Below are positions 1 to 12,898 of a DNA stretch of 64,000 bases, piece by piece. Every line of letters begins with the position of its first letter. The stretch's first letter is position 1. The DNA is from Phoronis australis. Taxonomy: Eukaryota > Animalia > Phoronida. The stretch covers positions 40,549 through 104,548 of the forward strand of contig NMRA01000029.1 in the NCBI GenBank assembly GCA_002633005.1, read 5' to 3'. The position numbers and the translations under genes were made by a program. Below the pieces are notes generated by a model. The model was not told the origin of the DNA, ran no database searches, and was given only the letters and a program-made list of their open reading frames with translations.

Positions 1-105
1 CACGTCAAATTCGGCTAAGAGATAATTTGAGACCAATTCCATAAGTAACGTGATGGATGAGGGGTTTATAACCTGTTTAAGCTGAACACGATATTCTGCT
101 ATGTT

Positions 106-1044
106 TTGGTCGAGGTGGTTAAAATGCTTACCAATTTTAGCTCCATTTTCAGGTGTTTAACCTGTAAACGAATCCAATGCTCACACCATTGTCTTGTTGA
201 GAACTCGACCACCGAACATCGTTCGTTCAACGCAGAAACAAAACGGAAATTTCCAGGAAAGATGGTAGCGGATGATTGCAGCAACGAAGAGGCTCCTATT
301 GTCCAAACAGTTGAGTCAACTAAAAGCAATAGATTTTCAGCTAATGCAATGCCTAGCTCACATTCGTCGAGGCCCTGCATCCAAAGCCATCCGTCCTCTG
401 TACAAGCGCATATGCCATCCATGCCATCCTTCGGCATAAGTCGTAACAACTCGGCTCCAGATCATTCGGTGACACCCACATCTTCAGCTTACTTATCTCC
501 TTCCGCTACGCCAGATGTCGCTGCCCAGGAACAACAGGTAACACAACAATCGAGAATACGACCACAACCACCATCACGAGTAAGACTTCTCGATTCAACA
601 GAAGATCAGAGCAATCGGTCCCGGTCAGTACCTGCCAAACAATCCTTTTATAAACTTCATCACAAACACGGAAACTCCCCGCAGGTCCCCAACAAAAGTA
701 GGTCTTCTCGACGAATCTCTGATGCTGTTTCTGATAACTTACAACATCCGGGTTCCAGCAATGAAAACGAAACTCGTTTGATGTCCTCGGCATGTGGAGA
801 AAATGATTTCTCTCCTGTGGCAGATCAACAGTTCACCGGTGGTGGCAGCGGCAGTAACGTAAACCCTTACCAGAAGCCACCGTGTCCACCATCTGTGTCA
901 CGTATCAGAAAAGGTTATGCTGACACCATTCCGTCATCAACCAATAGCACGGAGAGAAAATCGACTCTGACAGATTTGTTCCTACAGTTTGAAAAAGGTG
1001 CTTTGCCTAATTCAGAAGTGTCTCTAGAAGATTTAACAAAATAA
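106..1044 (+). CDS. Unassigned Ser/Pro/Gln-rich ORF, probably the terminal coding exon of a gene starting before the window (candidate acceptor ccattttcag at ~152)
   Basis: 312-codon stop-free frame, far longer than any other ORF in the window; disordered-type composition; stop at 1044 followed by AT-rich UTR-like sequence; no recognisable domain. Confidence 0.55.
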   Translation: MVEVVKMLTNFSSIFRCLTCKRIQCSHHCLVENSTTEHRSFNAETKRKFPGKMVADDCSNEEAPIVQTVESTKSNRFSANAMPSSHSSRPCIQSHPSSVQAHMPSMPSFGISRNNSAPDHSVTPTSSAYLSPSATPDVAAQEQQVTQQSRIRPQPPSRVRLLDSTEDQSNRSRSVPAKQSFYKLHHKHGNSPQVPNKSRSSRRISDAVSDNLQHPGSSNENETRLMSSACGENDFSPVADQQFTGGGSGSNVNPYQKPPCPPSVSRIRKGYADTIPSSTNSTERKSTLTDLFLQFEKGALPNSEVSLEDLTK

Positions 1045-1440
1045 ACTATATCTCTACTCCTTATACTTGTTTTTATCAGAAATATTGCCATGAGGATGAA
1101 TTAGACATGTTACAAGAAATGAGATTTGTATACCATTTCAATTATTTTGTACCTGAACCATATCAGCTAGAGCGTCGCATGAAATACAGAATTCGCATTC
1201 CATACAATGCGGAGAAATGAGTACTGACATGTTTTACCAGACGTGCATTTACTCTAAATCATTTTTTCTTTTCAATGGTGCGACAATGATATCAGAAACT
1301 CATCGCGCCTAAGGTTGTGGACTTAAAATGTCCCGTTTCATTTATACATTCATGCTTTGCTCATATATCCATGGCATTTGTTAGGTTAAGTTGGGCGTAG
1401 CCTGTCTACAGATGGCCAGTATTGTATATTACGTGCCTTT

Positions 1441-1592
1441 GGGCCCAGTTGCATAGAAGTTATACGCCGTATAGCAACAGTGGCTTGGCGTTATCACGCG
1501 CCACTTTGTTATTGTTGAACAATCCACCTGACGTCATGCAACAATCAAACTTATCCAGCGGATAACTTTTGAAGCTTTATGCAACTCAGCCC
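1441..1592. mobile_element. Short MITE with Harbinger-like TIRs
   Basis: Left end gggcccagttgcatagaag matches the reverse complement of the right end (gggctgagttgcataaagc). Confidence 0.5.
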
Positions 1593-2000
1593 TGGTGTAA
1601 GTAAATATTCTTGGTTAAATCGTCGTCATCTAATAGAATCATAATGTGTTGAGCTCGATCGTCTTAACGTTCCATTTTGCTGAGGCTTCGATGATAGTTC
1701 CCAGTTTTGTAAATTTCTATGTGCATAAAGACGCCAGGATCTAATGTGCACTACTAATAACTTGGCAAACGTGAATTGGTACGTAGACTAAGACGTGAAA
1801 GTGCGTCTTCTCCAGATACGGAAATTTGCAGTGAGTAATTATTGCCCGTTGAATCCTCGAGGCCTTGAACGGAAGAAAATAATATTTACATTCAAACAAG
1901 CTGCCTTGAGTGAAACATTCGATTGGCAATAATGGAATTCAAGGCCCAGACTTCCCAAAACAATGTTACTTCTGACTAAAACATCAGTGACAGGTTTGAA

Positions 2001-2225
2001 TTAAGATAACTGAATCGTCCTATTTCGTGTAGCCGAAGCTCGCTGATATGTCGCGGGACACGGAACGCGGCCTTGGAATCGCTGGAACAGTAAGCTGGGA
2101 TCGATGGGTCTGTCAGAAGGTACCTGAACAGCAGTGGTTTTGTCAAGATATTGGTTGTTTCTTACTTTTTGATAGAGAAGGAAATCACATTCTATGAATA
2201 ATGATCCCAACAGATTCATATTCAT
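2001..2225 (-). pseudogene. Possible degenerate DNA-transposon protein fragment
   Basis: Peptide AVQVPSDRPIDPSLLFQRF resembles the DPxLLFQR motif I recall from large invertebrate transposon-derived proteins; no intact ORF. Confidence 0.3.
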
Positions 2226-4642
2226 TTATGGTGGTGTCTTAATCCCCTCGCCTTTCATACTATTTCGTCGGTGAAGCGGTTTTCGAAGAGATGGTTGAAA
2301 ATACGTTCAGTTTTGCTGTTAACCCAACATCTCTGCTTCTGTGACAAGTTTGAATAAATATTGGGTACAATCACAATGGGTGACATAACTTTTTGGTAAA
2401 TTTTATGTAAGAGGTCAACAAACTTTCACTATCTAACTATCGACTTCCTTATTATAAAATCTCCTTTTGAGCAGTGTGATTTAATGAGAGTAATCAAAAT
2501 CAAGTATCTTGCATTACTACACATAATCAACCGATGTAATCAGCTAAGATGTAGTAGTTTAGGTAAGACTTTATATTGATTTGTTGAAGACATTTTGGTT
2601 CATTTGACCAATTATCATTGATTTTTTAAAAGCTCCACGTAGCGCCATATTTGAAAATTGTTGTTTTGGCTCCTGTTTTGGCATACCCGGCACTCACTTG
2701 GGTATTTTGTAGCCTCAAATATCCCTCGGACGTAAACGTTATTTGGTCATATGTGAACTTCAATCATGCGGCCAATTATTCTCCAGTTTGAAGTCACGAG
2801 AACTTGATATATGACTGAAGCTCGCCCGTGTGCAGACAACGTTCACCTTCGAGCGGAAGTTTAAAGGCTAGGAAATTACCCGAATTGTTCCGAATGGTTT
2901 AGAGGTGAAACCCTTGGTTTCGGTTTAATTCGGTGAATTAGCATCCCAAAATATACATGATGAAACCATGGATAGGAGGGAGTTCACTGATTCTTTCAAC
3001 GGAAAGATTTCGGCGCTTGCTTGTTTTATTTCCCTTTGACACTTGCCACTTTGGGTTGACCTTATTAGCGCGAAGCGTACATTTTGATGAATTTCGGAGG
3101 TGCCTGTTACATACTGAATAAACAATAACTAGTTAATACGTACACCCTTGAAAAAGTTCTGCACTCGCGTTTGGGTAGTCCTTACATTTAGGTTAGTTTT
3201 AATCTTTTTGATGCGGTCAAGCACCATCCAAAGACAACTGAAGATTTACTATTTTTCAGTGTACAAAAATGTTACTCAAATTTGTTTCCAATTCATAATC
3301 TTTACTGTCACAACATTCCATTGTATACAGTGCCTTATAACTTCTGTATATGGGCATAGATTATAGACAACAGATTCGCAACTCCGTCATTTTCTTGCGC
3401 ACTATCCTAGAGAAGGCGCCACTCTCCTAAATTATCTGTTTTAGTTTCCGGTTAGTGTATTGTGACGACACAACAGTCGACCATGATTAGCAGACGACGT
3501 ACTTGCCAGAAATAAAACCGGATAATTCTCTTCTGTAAGAGCACAGATTTCGTCCGTTGAAAGTATACGCAGTTGGCTGTCCTTGTACATGTCTATGATA
3601 CAGGCGACTGTTAACAGATGCTACGGCAAAGGATTACCGTACTAACCGTTACAACCAAAAGTGCCCACCTCATTAGCACATCCAACCCGAAATTACCATA
3701 GCGAGTTTTTACAAGTATGAGGATTATTGCCACTATTGGAAACCGTGTACCTGCAAACTGCAGTTGCCATGATTAGCAGATTACCCAGCAACCTCTGCTG
3801 AGAGTTAAATTTTTTGGTCCTGCCTTTGAGTCATGGGTTTTTTGGATCGGCCATGGATTTTAGTGGTGCTGCAACTAGGTTTTTGTATGTTCTGACCATA
3901 GTTTAAGCGGAGCGACTATATGCCTTGTTTCCACATCAGTCTTGGTGATTGATACCATATACAATATCAATTAAAAAGATAATTATTGACCAGCATATGC
4001 TGTTATCCAATGATGATGCTGTTTGCTAATTATATTTAAGTAAATATTTGGTATTAATGACAATCATATGTGTTTTTACTTGTACTGAAAAATAACATCC
4101 CGAACTTACTCGCCAGTACATCTAAGTGCATAGTGTTATTCTGTATTGAAACATATACCGCTTTGAAAACTCATTTCTAATATGTATTCCAAAATCAGAT
4201 GTTTTCTGTTGTATCAGAACAAACAAATCCCTGCAAAATCTGACTTATATCGAAGTTGATATTGGAAATTTTGTAGATTTGCACTATTTGCTTACGAGCT
4301 TTGTTTTGTGACGAAACTCGCGCAAAAAAGTTAAGTGCATAGTAACCAGAATATTAAACCTGTACGACTGAATTGCGCATCCAACCTTTACCCAAATTAC
4401 AGAATTTCCCACTCGAAACCGAATTGAAATACACCCAATCGAGCCGATGTAGCATTAATTATGACCCCGTGAAAAAAGACCCCAGTTAGTTTTTTCACAG
4501 GATCTGAACTTAATGTGAAGAACTTTCAGTCCATGAAAAAATAACCCCACGTCCGTGAAAACTTGTCCCGTCATTATTCAACGGCTCCCTCGCAACAGGG
4601 GGTTGGGATAAGCAGTCAGCGTGCTTGTGAGAAGAATTTATT

Positions 4643-5608
4643 TTAAACAGTACACACCATGGATTTTTGCACATTTTGAATTACCGGTGGCCACAGACTA
4701 AACGTATGACGTAAAATTTAGCTAAACCCATGTTTATTTTGTGTAATTAGCTCAAAATTTTAATTTTTCTTTCAATTTTGCCAATTTTCACATTTCCCGC
4801 CATGTGACGTCATGGGTTGAACACAAGAGATCAGTGACTAGCATTGAACAATGGCGGAGACCAGGGAATTTGAAAGTGACGACGATTATGAGCCAGAATT
4901 GAACGAATACTATGAAGAAACGTATGAGAATGGTGGCCAGGATGAGGAAATGGGGTTGCACGAAAGCGAGAACAAGTTTAATGTGCTTCCGGCTGCGTAC
5001 TTTTCTACTTTGAGCCTTATGAACTGGATCCTCCCGCGAGAGAAGCGGCCTCGGGCTCGGCGAGTCAACCCAGTCATCCAACAGACGATCCTGAATTAAG
5101 AGCTGATGTTTCTGAATGATAAATATTGTCCTTTATTGAACCAGGCCTTCATCGTCTCCTGTGACTGGAGTCGAAACACGAGTCCTCAAAGTGGGCAGAA
5201 CACAGAGTGGCCCCGGACCGAATCGCTTGGTCCACGATGACGTCCCACACTCTCGTTCGGCGCACGAAGTCATGCCACTTCTGCGCAACTTTGGTGTCCT
5301 TCGGAACACCGAGACGTTTTCCGCCTGGCTGCTGTTGCTGCAGCCTCCGGAAACACATCTTTTGATCCCTCTACGAACCTTCTCGACGCTAAATGTACTT
5401 TGCATTCTCTTCACTCTATACACTTTGTCTCTGATCCGAACGGTATGGCGAACGACCTGGGTTCAACCCATGACGTTGTACATAATTATTATTTTTTTCA
5501 ATTTTTGCGTGTTTCTTTATGAGCTGTGCACTAAAGGCACTGAAATCAAGTAAGATATAATAATAAAATTTATTTTGAGGTACTAGAGTCATGTTGTGTA
5601 CACTTTAA
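4643..5608. mobile_element. Internally deleted Kolobok-like DNA transposon
   Basis: TTAA at both ends with imperfect TIRs (ttaaacagtacacaccatgg / revcomp ttaaagtgtacacaacatga); contains a minus-strand THAP remnant converging on a plus-strand acidic ORF (4851-5099). Confidence 0.55.
5133..5369 (-). pseudogene. Frameshifted THAP (C2CH zinc finger) domain remnant
   Basis: Two frames join to KRCVSGGCSNS..SVF/PKDTKVAQKWHDFVRRTR..LCSAHFEDSCF, giving the THAP signature C-x4-C..P..W..C-x2-HF. Confidence 0.8.
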
Positions 5609-7436
5609 ATTTCTCGGCTGAGTGTCGCACAGTACGTATATCAGATTAAGGGCAGGGATGGATTGGAACGGTCCGAAATAATGTGTGGGAGCGGGGCTGA
5701 TCGCTTTGTGAGCACACAATTACACGGTGTGAAGATACTACAAAATGCCAACAAGTGCCTGATGCTTGATCGGGGGACTTCAGATCCGTGATAGAGGACT
5801 GCTGTGCGTGAGAGAAGAATATTTGGCAATTCAGAGCGATGCACAGGAAAGGAACTGAGTCTGTGTTCTTTGCCTTTTACATTACGCCGTTCTCCCGTTG
5901 AGTCTAACTTGTATATCACAACAAGTTGGATTACCGCTGTAGCCAATATCTTACACTAACGACTTATTAAGTCCATTCTGGCAATTAGGGTTGGAGGGTC
6001 AGCTCTCTTTTGTTCGATAATTGCTCTAATCTCCGATAATATCGTATCTTATATCCTCACTGGGCTGTGCTGTTATAAAATGTTTCAACATAAACCAACG
6101 GCATTTCTGATCAAGCTTATAGTTTTGAATCGCCAAAATCGCCCCAACTACAGTCGAAGTTAAGATCATCTATTCTGTCCGAACATACCAACGTTCTGGG
6201 TTTGACTGTGTTCTCATATGATCGTTTACAAGTCTGGTAGATAATTTATCTGCATGTTGTCCTACCAGACAAAAGACTATGCTCGGCAGTTAACAAAGGA
6301 GCTAGATGCTAACACACGGCTCACAACCGCTGTAGTGAACGCCAGAACGCCCTGTCATTTATTTATATGACCCCATGAGGTCATTTTCACAGTAGTTTAC
6401 ATTAAATTTAAAAGCGACCAGGGTCATATTTTAATTTTACCAAGTTACCCGGGTCATTTTTCAACACCCAGTGAAATGGCTTATTGCGGCACCACGAAAG
6501 TTCGTCCCGAGTGAGCGGCTCGTCTCCTGGATGTAATGTATTTGCATCGAAAAAATAAAACGCTCGCCGTGGATTGACAGGCGTGAAGCCTCTTGGGCCA
6601 CTCGAGAATCTGTCACTGGTTGCAATCTTCTAATAGTTTGATATTTCCCCTATTGACTGATTAACTCTTAAAAAACGCATGTAAGGGCTACATCACATGT
6701 TTTTGTATGTTTTTGGAAAAATCACACTCTTCGGCCTCTTTATTTGTTAGATATCGCGCTTTGGAAAGGACAATTTACCCCGTTAGTTTACACGGCAAAT
6801 TAGCCGTGTCACGTGGCTAGTAGCACTCTCCAATATGGCGTCAAGTTGTCAGCTGCAGTAGCTCGTGCACCAGGCGTGTGTTCAGTAGACGCTAGGTCCT
6901 AGCTAAAACCTAGTCAAAGTCACGTGTTCTCATTTAAAATACACGACAATTTCTCACGTAATCTCGCGAAGTCTTGCTTTTTAGCGAGGTCCTAGCATTG
7001 CTGAACGGTAGGCAGGTCCATACTATTAAGATGTCTATGAGTGCTACATACGTCTGGTTACTATGGTGAGACGTCTTTGTAACCGAAATTTTAACAACCA
7101 GTTTCAGAAATGTTCAGCATATTCTAAAGTACCTATATGCCTAATTCCGTGCTTTTGTCGCAGTCTGAGCAACTTTGAGTGAATTATTAACCCACCACCA
7201 GGACAAAGTCTCCAGCAGCTCTGTTGAAAACAAGGTTTGAGAAGCCCCCTTGGTGTTTCGTCCAGATCAAATCGTTTTGCAAGTCTGGTACATTTGAAAT
7301 ATGTTAGCAGAAGTCAATATTTCTCTCCTTTTATCTTGAAATGATCCCTAAAATATTTTAAGTTGACGACTAACAAAAGAACAGTGGTCACGTTTCTGTT
7401 GAAGAAGTCAAGCTGCCGACAAAGTGAAACCCACAC

Positions 7437-7840
7437 TCTTTCACAGTGCTACGAAAGGTAGAACTGTTGAATGTTGTTTAACATGGCCTCTCATTGGTTA
7501 AAGTAATGAAACCGACGTCATAATATTCAGTCATTCCCATTGGTTGGGAAACCCCTTGGAGTTTACAGTTACCAAGTATGGCGACCAACTTTGACTTGAA
7601 AAGTTACATTTTATTACAACGGGCAGTGATCGAAGTAATCAAAATCAAGACAAGTCCGATCAAGTGGCTTTTAAGCCCAACCAAGTACAGTGTCTAAAGT
7701 CGTGTGCAAGTGGTGGCGATGTGATCGATGTGCTTCCTACCAAGGCATGCGCATTGATGCCCACACACGGAATTCCGTGTGTCGGTCATCATGTTCCACA
7801 GGGCCACTTTTGAATATAGGTGTCGCTGTATCAGAGGGTA
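7437..7840 (-). repeat. Dispersed ~400-bp repeat, copy 1 (Helitron/Helentron-like terminal hairpin)
   Basis: Colinear similarity with 39727-40122; terminal hairpin acagtgcta..tagaactgt. Confidence 0.75.
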
Positions 7841-8112
7841 AGTGAAACCTTCCCCTTGTAATATCTGTTGAAGGAGAATGCCATCCGATTTAATTAGTCT
7901 TTTTGCCGTCTTAATCGGTCTATATCTACATCGCCTCGCATACGGTCGACCTTACCGTGCCAAGAGGTGTCGCGTTAACCTGTGAGGAAGGTGAGAAACG
8001 ACGCTAGCGACGTCAGTGGTTCATATGCAGAGTGAATGCCGCTATGTTGCGGTGCATAGTTCCCGCTTGTCCGAAATAAGCAACTGCCAGGAAAGCGGGA
8101 ATATCGTTTTTC

Positions 8113-8432
8113 TTACTTCCTCGAGAGTCCGAAATGCTTAGGAAGTGGCTCATGGTAGTGAAGAATGAAATGTACGCTGTAAATAGCAAGTATGAGGCCG
8201 TGAAACATCTCCGTGTCTGTGGCCTGCAGACGTCGACAGTGCCTCACGAATGCCGGCTTACCAAATAACTCCATACGTTCCGTTGTCTGAGCTTGTTCAC
8301 GGCGCCTTTCTAGTATTTCTTCATCACTGTATTCCTGTTCGAATTGATAGCCTGTAAAACTTGACGATCCACCTGCTAACTCGGGACTGATGAGCTCTAG
8401 CACGTCCTAAGTCGGGATTGCGAGTTGCCATG
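8113..8432 (-). pseudogene. Degenerate KolX/P2X7-C-like N-terminal fragment of a Kolobok-like element
   Basis: GYQFEQEYSDEEILERRRE resembles the acidic Y-x-F-E-P N-terminal motif of these proteins; a TTAA-AGG type terminus lies at ~9510-9529; frameshift after the ATG at 8432. Confidence 0.4.
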
Positions 8433-10812
8433 TTGGTGTTTATTATTGAGCGTTCTGTTTCAAAATGAATTATTCTCACCCTAACCAATACTTGTATAAA
8501 ACTGAAACAAAGTCTGTCTCATTAGATGCATTTTTTAATGCCTTTGGAGTGTTCGTGAGTGGAAATAATTTGAGAAGCCAGCAATGAATAAATCACTGCG
8601 TAACCGGCTTTAGGTAAAATAAATCTAATTGACGGGACACCGAGGCCGTGTGAGCTCATGCTAATTTAGTGTTTGCTGGCAGAAACTGTTGTGAAACAAC
8701 TCCGGCGATTGCCATCCCACGGCCAGGTGTTAGGGGAATCTTTATTTACATTTACATTTACATTACTCAAATAATGATTGTCAATGTACAACATCTGCCC
8801 TGACGGTGCTGTGGCCAAAGCGGAACCTGAATTCGCGGCCCCCGACGAGTAAGTAGACTCAGTTTCGTTTAGCTCACTAGTATAGTATTTTCTTGACTGG
8901 AAGTTTAGTTTCCACTCAACTTTGGCTGGATTATGTTCATGATGTCTGATCAGTTTCCGAGCCGCTGGCCGGGATAACGAGTCAATCCGGCCGGCCGCGC
9001 GACGCTGGGGCCTGATCGGGCTCCGAGCCACTAGCCAGGACAACAAGCGTTTTGTGTTTAGAACTCAAAAATCACAAGTCTAAACAACACAGATCTAGGT
9101 TCTCCTGTCTGTATCTCACGGAAAATACTTCGAAATTATCTCCGAACACACCCCAAACTCCTGCTACGGACCTTATTGGGCCTGCCGAACTTTGTAGGCT
9201 ATGGTGTGTCCAAATACCAATAAATCCGTAAGAGCGAAATAAAACAACACGTTTTTATAAGAACTCTGTGTATTTTAAGGGTGTTACATCGAAGTTTGAT
9301 GATTTATTGGTGTTAAACGATGACTTCAAGCGATAAGCTGACACCAGTAACCCGTGTTGTGAACTGCTGAACAGACTGCGTGTGAAACCGATGACGTCAT
9401 TGGATAATTTCAACAACTCCGTCTGCCGTCAGGTGTCAGGTAACGCAACCGTACGTGTCGTTATGGAGTAGAACTACTCGATCTAAATTGATGCAAATTA
9501 GGTTGTTTTTGGGTGGCATGGTCCTTTAAGGTTATGTAGGAAGTCCAATCATGGCGAACTTCGGTATATCGTATCTCAGAAATGGCTGGTAGGATTCACC
9601 GGCTGTTCTCCAAAACGCTGTTGAGGATTGTTTCTCAAATGTTCCACTTTTGAGAGGCTATCTATACGGTGGCCCGAAGATGACATCGCGTGTTTCTTTT
9701 TTAATTAACCGGCCACTGTGGTTATTAAAATGAGACTTATAGGATTTTACGAAAAGTTTGATAAAGTTGCAGCATGAAACGAAAACGAGATGATAATTTA
9801 GAAAACTGCATTAGAGCCTTTGAAATTTTATCTCGAAAATTTATATCATGCAAAATTTGGTCGTGTTATTGATCCTGCAGTTTTGATATGAATGCACCTT
9901 TCTAAATTTTCCTAAAAAACAAGGTTATGTGGCCGAAGTAGTGGCGGATTACTTTAAAGTCAAAAATCAAATTCTGCGAAATTTCTGCTTTCAGAAAATA
10001 TATACTTTGCTGAGTTAAATTCTATAGTTTGGTAGATATTTAGCTAAATGTGGAGACTTGTTGATAAGGTCCAGACCTATATGATCTAAAAGTGAAAGAG
10101 GAAGCTGTGGGCAGCAAACAGACATGTTTCCCCCTGAGCCCAACCACAGGGACCAACGTCCCTTCGGTAGAACGAACGTTTCCGGTTCAGCAGTCCATAC
10201 AGATGCAATTTTCATGGAAATTCATATAACGAAAACAACTATTTCGATTTTCAGGTCAAGGACCTGGTTAATTTTAAAATCACCTTTATGATCTTTAAAT
10301 ATTTCCTGTTCAAATCACGCATCGACGTTTTCTGTTAACGATTTACAAATCGATATGAAAGTGTACTCATTTCATCTTGTCATCCGCTTCTTGTGATCCA
10401 AACAACAGGGTTACCCTCTCAAAGTAATTTAACTCAATCATAACATGCAATCTGAACTAAACAGCTAAAAGTAATGCCATGACGAGTTCGCTCAACGTAT
10501 GCGTAAGTACGGGAATGTTTTACGTTCGTAGAAATACGCTGAAGTCCATTTTATTTGGCCGTTGCTTGAAATATGTTTTATCGTTACTTCTTTTCCCCCA
10601 CTCCCGCGCGTGATGTTATTAGTGGGAAAATTTAAGTAATGTGTTCGTTTATTGAATTCGTTATAGTGTGGCGGTGCCTTAATGCAATTATATAAATAGT
10701 TCCTCACACGGATCAGAGAGTTGCAAAACTAATTTACTACTTCGTGTCCGGGTTCACTAAATACAGATAACATCACACTCATATTTAGACTGTTTCTAAG
10801 AAGGCATATACT

Positions 10813-10900
10813 ATGGGCGGCCATTTGTGCAAAAAACATCAAATTGCGTATTCAGGTTATGGGCGGCCATTTGTACAAAAACATCAATTGTATATTCAGT
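10813..10900. repeat. Two-copy ~46-bp tandem duplication
   Basis: atgggcggccatttgt(g/a)caaaaa..catcaa..ttg..tattcag occurs twice in tandem. Confidence 0.8.
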
Positions 10901-10939
10901 TCTATTTAATAAACTTAATATCAAAATTGTACAATTCAA

Positions 10940-12165
10940 TCCTTTTTGAGCATTCAATGCTATTCCATCAATTCAATCCACACTCGTCGATTCCATATCG
11001 TGAACTCAATGCTGTTTTGTATATTCTATCCTGCTTTGTGAATTCAATCCAGTTTCATCGATTCTGCCTCATAACACAACTAATATATCGCACGTGCACA
11101 AGCGCATGAGTAAGGACATGTGCTCTGTGGCGGTAACCTCAAGCTGGAGATGTCGACAAGACTATTTACTCTCGAAATAGAAACTTTAAGAACATGTCTC
11201 CAAGAAACGCAACAGTTCGATAATGGTTTCCTGTATAGGCTGGAGCATTTGCTTTGGAGAATGTTGGATGTTCCAGGGCTAGAAGATGCAGCTTTGCCCT
11301 TGTCGCGCGCAGCCAATTTTTTGAAGGTTGCAAGTGATCTTAGTGACCATGTTCACAGTCACTGTGATTTCGCAGGCCTGAATGCCTGCCAACCGGGAGG
11401 ATTGACGAAACAGAATCGACAAAATAGGATTGAACTCACGAAAGGATAGAATATACGAAGTTATTGGTTTCACCTGTAGGCCGCTAGGGTTGACGAAACA
11501 GAATCGACAAAACTGGATTAAATTTACGAAACGGGATTGAATTCACAACTCGTTAGAATAGACGAAACAGAATCTATTAAGGGGAGACAGGGCAGTGTAT
11601 TATCAAAATCTGCAAATGTTGATGGATTTCAATAAAAATCACCTGGGATGTTGTTTTTGATATGGCAATCCCAAAACAATCCTTTCGAGAAAAAATATTC
11701 GGTTGCCATGGCAACGCCAAAATTACGTAACATTGGTACGTCCACGAGAAACGTTATAACTCATTAACCTGTTTACATATTTCTGATCTGTTTTCTATGA
11801 ATTATAATAAAAGTAAGGATCTACAAAACTACAGAAGCAAATTCAATTTTTTTAACAGTAATTTTTATGCGGTCTTGAAAATTGGAAAAAAAGAATCGGG
11901 AATAAACAATATTTCATAAGTCATATTTTTTTCAGTTGAGATTTTGAAAAAATGCTTCTGTAGTTTTGTAGATATACATGTAAAGATAGTCCACGCCAAA
12001 TGTAATAAGTATAGCTCAAATAGTTTTTTATTTACAACATTTTAGGGTTGACGAAACAGAATCGACAAAACTGGATTAAATTCACAACACGTTAGAATAG
12101 ACGAAACAGAATCTATTAAACAGCATTGAATTCACAAAACAGGTTAGAATAAACAAAACAGCATA
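10940..12165. mobile_element. Fold-back element with inverted subrepeat arrays, interrupted by a nested insertion
   Basis: Unit ttgacgaaacagaatcgacaaaa..ggatt at ~11400, ~11490 and ~12047; reverse-complement copies at ~10940-11070. Confidence 0.6.
11577..12043. mobile_element. Nested non-autonomous DNA transposon end (TTAA-GGGG terminus, Kolobok-like)
   Basis: Starts ttaaggggagacaggg and splits the repeat array, which resumes at ~12045; contains the palindrome GTTGCCATGGCAAC (11702-11715). Confidence 0.45.
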
Positions 12166-12898
12166 GATCAGTCTAGACTCATAAAACAAAAGTAGCGTAA
12201 TACAGGCCCAAATTGTCACGCTCAGAAATTGCTCACAATGTGAGCAAACTGTGACAACTTGGCCATGGAGCGCTTACCCAAGATGTCATAATTTTGAAGT
12301 TGTAACAATTAGGGACGTAGCGACTATTTGGCCTTACACAAGGCGTCCTGTTTGTCGTCTTACGAGCCATTTAAGGGAGAGTATCGTTTTTACACCCGAA
12401 AAGCACGTTTTAGGGGTAACTATTGGATGAGATCAGTTCTCTTGAAGCTGGTTGCTTTGACCAAAGCTATAAAACAACAAAATATGTTATGTTTTTGGTG
12501 ATTTTGTTACAACTTGCTGTTTCTCACCGCTATCTGACAGGCATTTGTTGACACGGTCGGTGACTTTACCAATTAAGTACATCTAACCTTAAAATAATGT
12601 GCCATTTATTCAGTGATGTTGGGCCCCAGATTAGTGTAACTTCAGGACATGTGGTTAGGTTCCGCGGGGATTCCCGGTTCAAATTCGCGCTGAAGCTGAT
12701 CTCAGAAAATCACCTTTTTCGCCGAAAGTGCAACCCTTAGCATTCTGGGCAACCACGTGCGATTACCATGGGCAGACAGTCTATTCACTCATCACATTAT
12801 GCTGCAGTCTTCTTATGGTAAGAAGGTTGATCTGTCGTATACTTTTTTGCGGAATCAGTTTCGACCACCACGTCCCTTTCTTGTTCTTTGTTGCGAGG

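Noticed and set aside
8383-8410. CTGATGAG hammerhead or C/D-box-like word
   Set aside because: No stem II plus GAAA box follows; it lies within a transposon remnant
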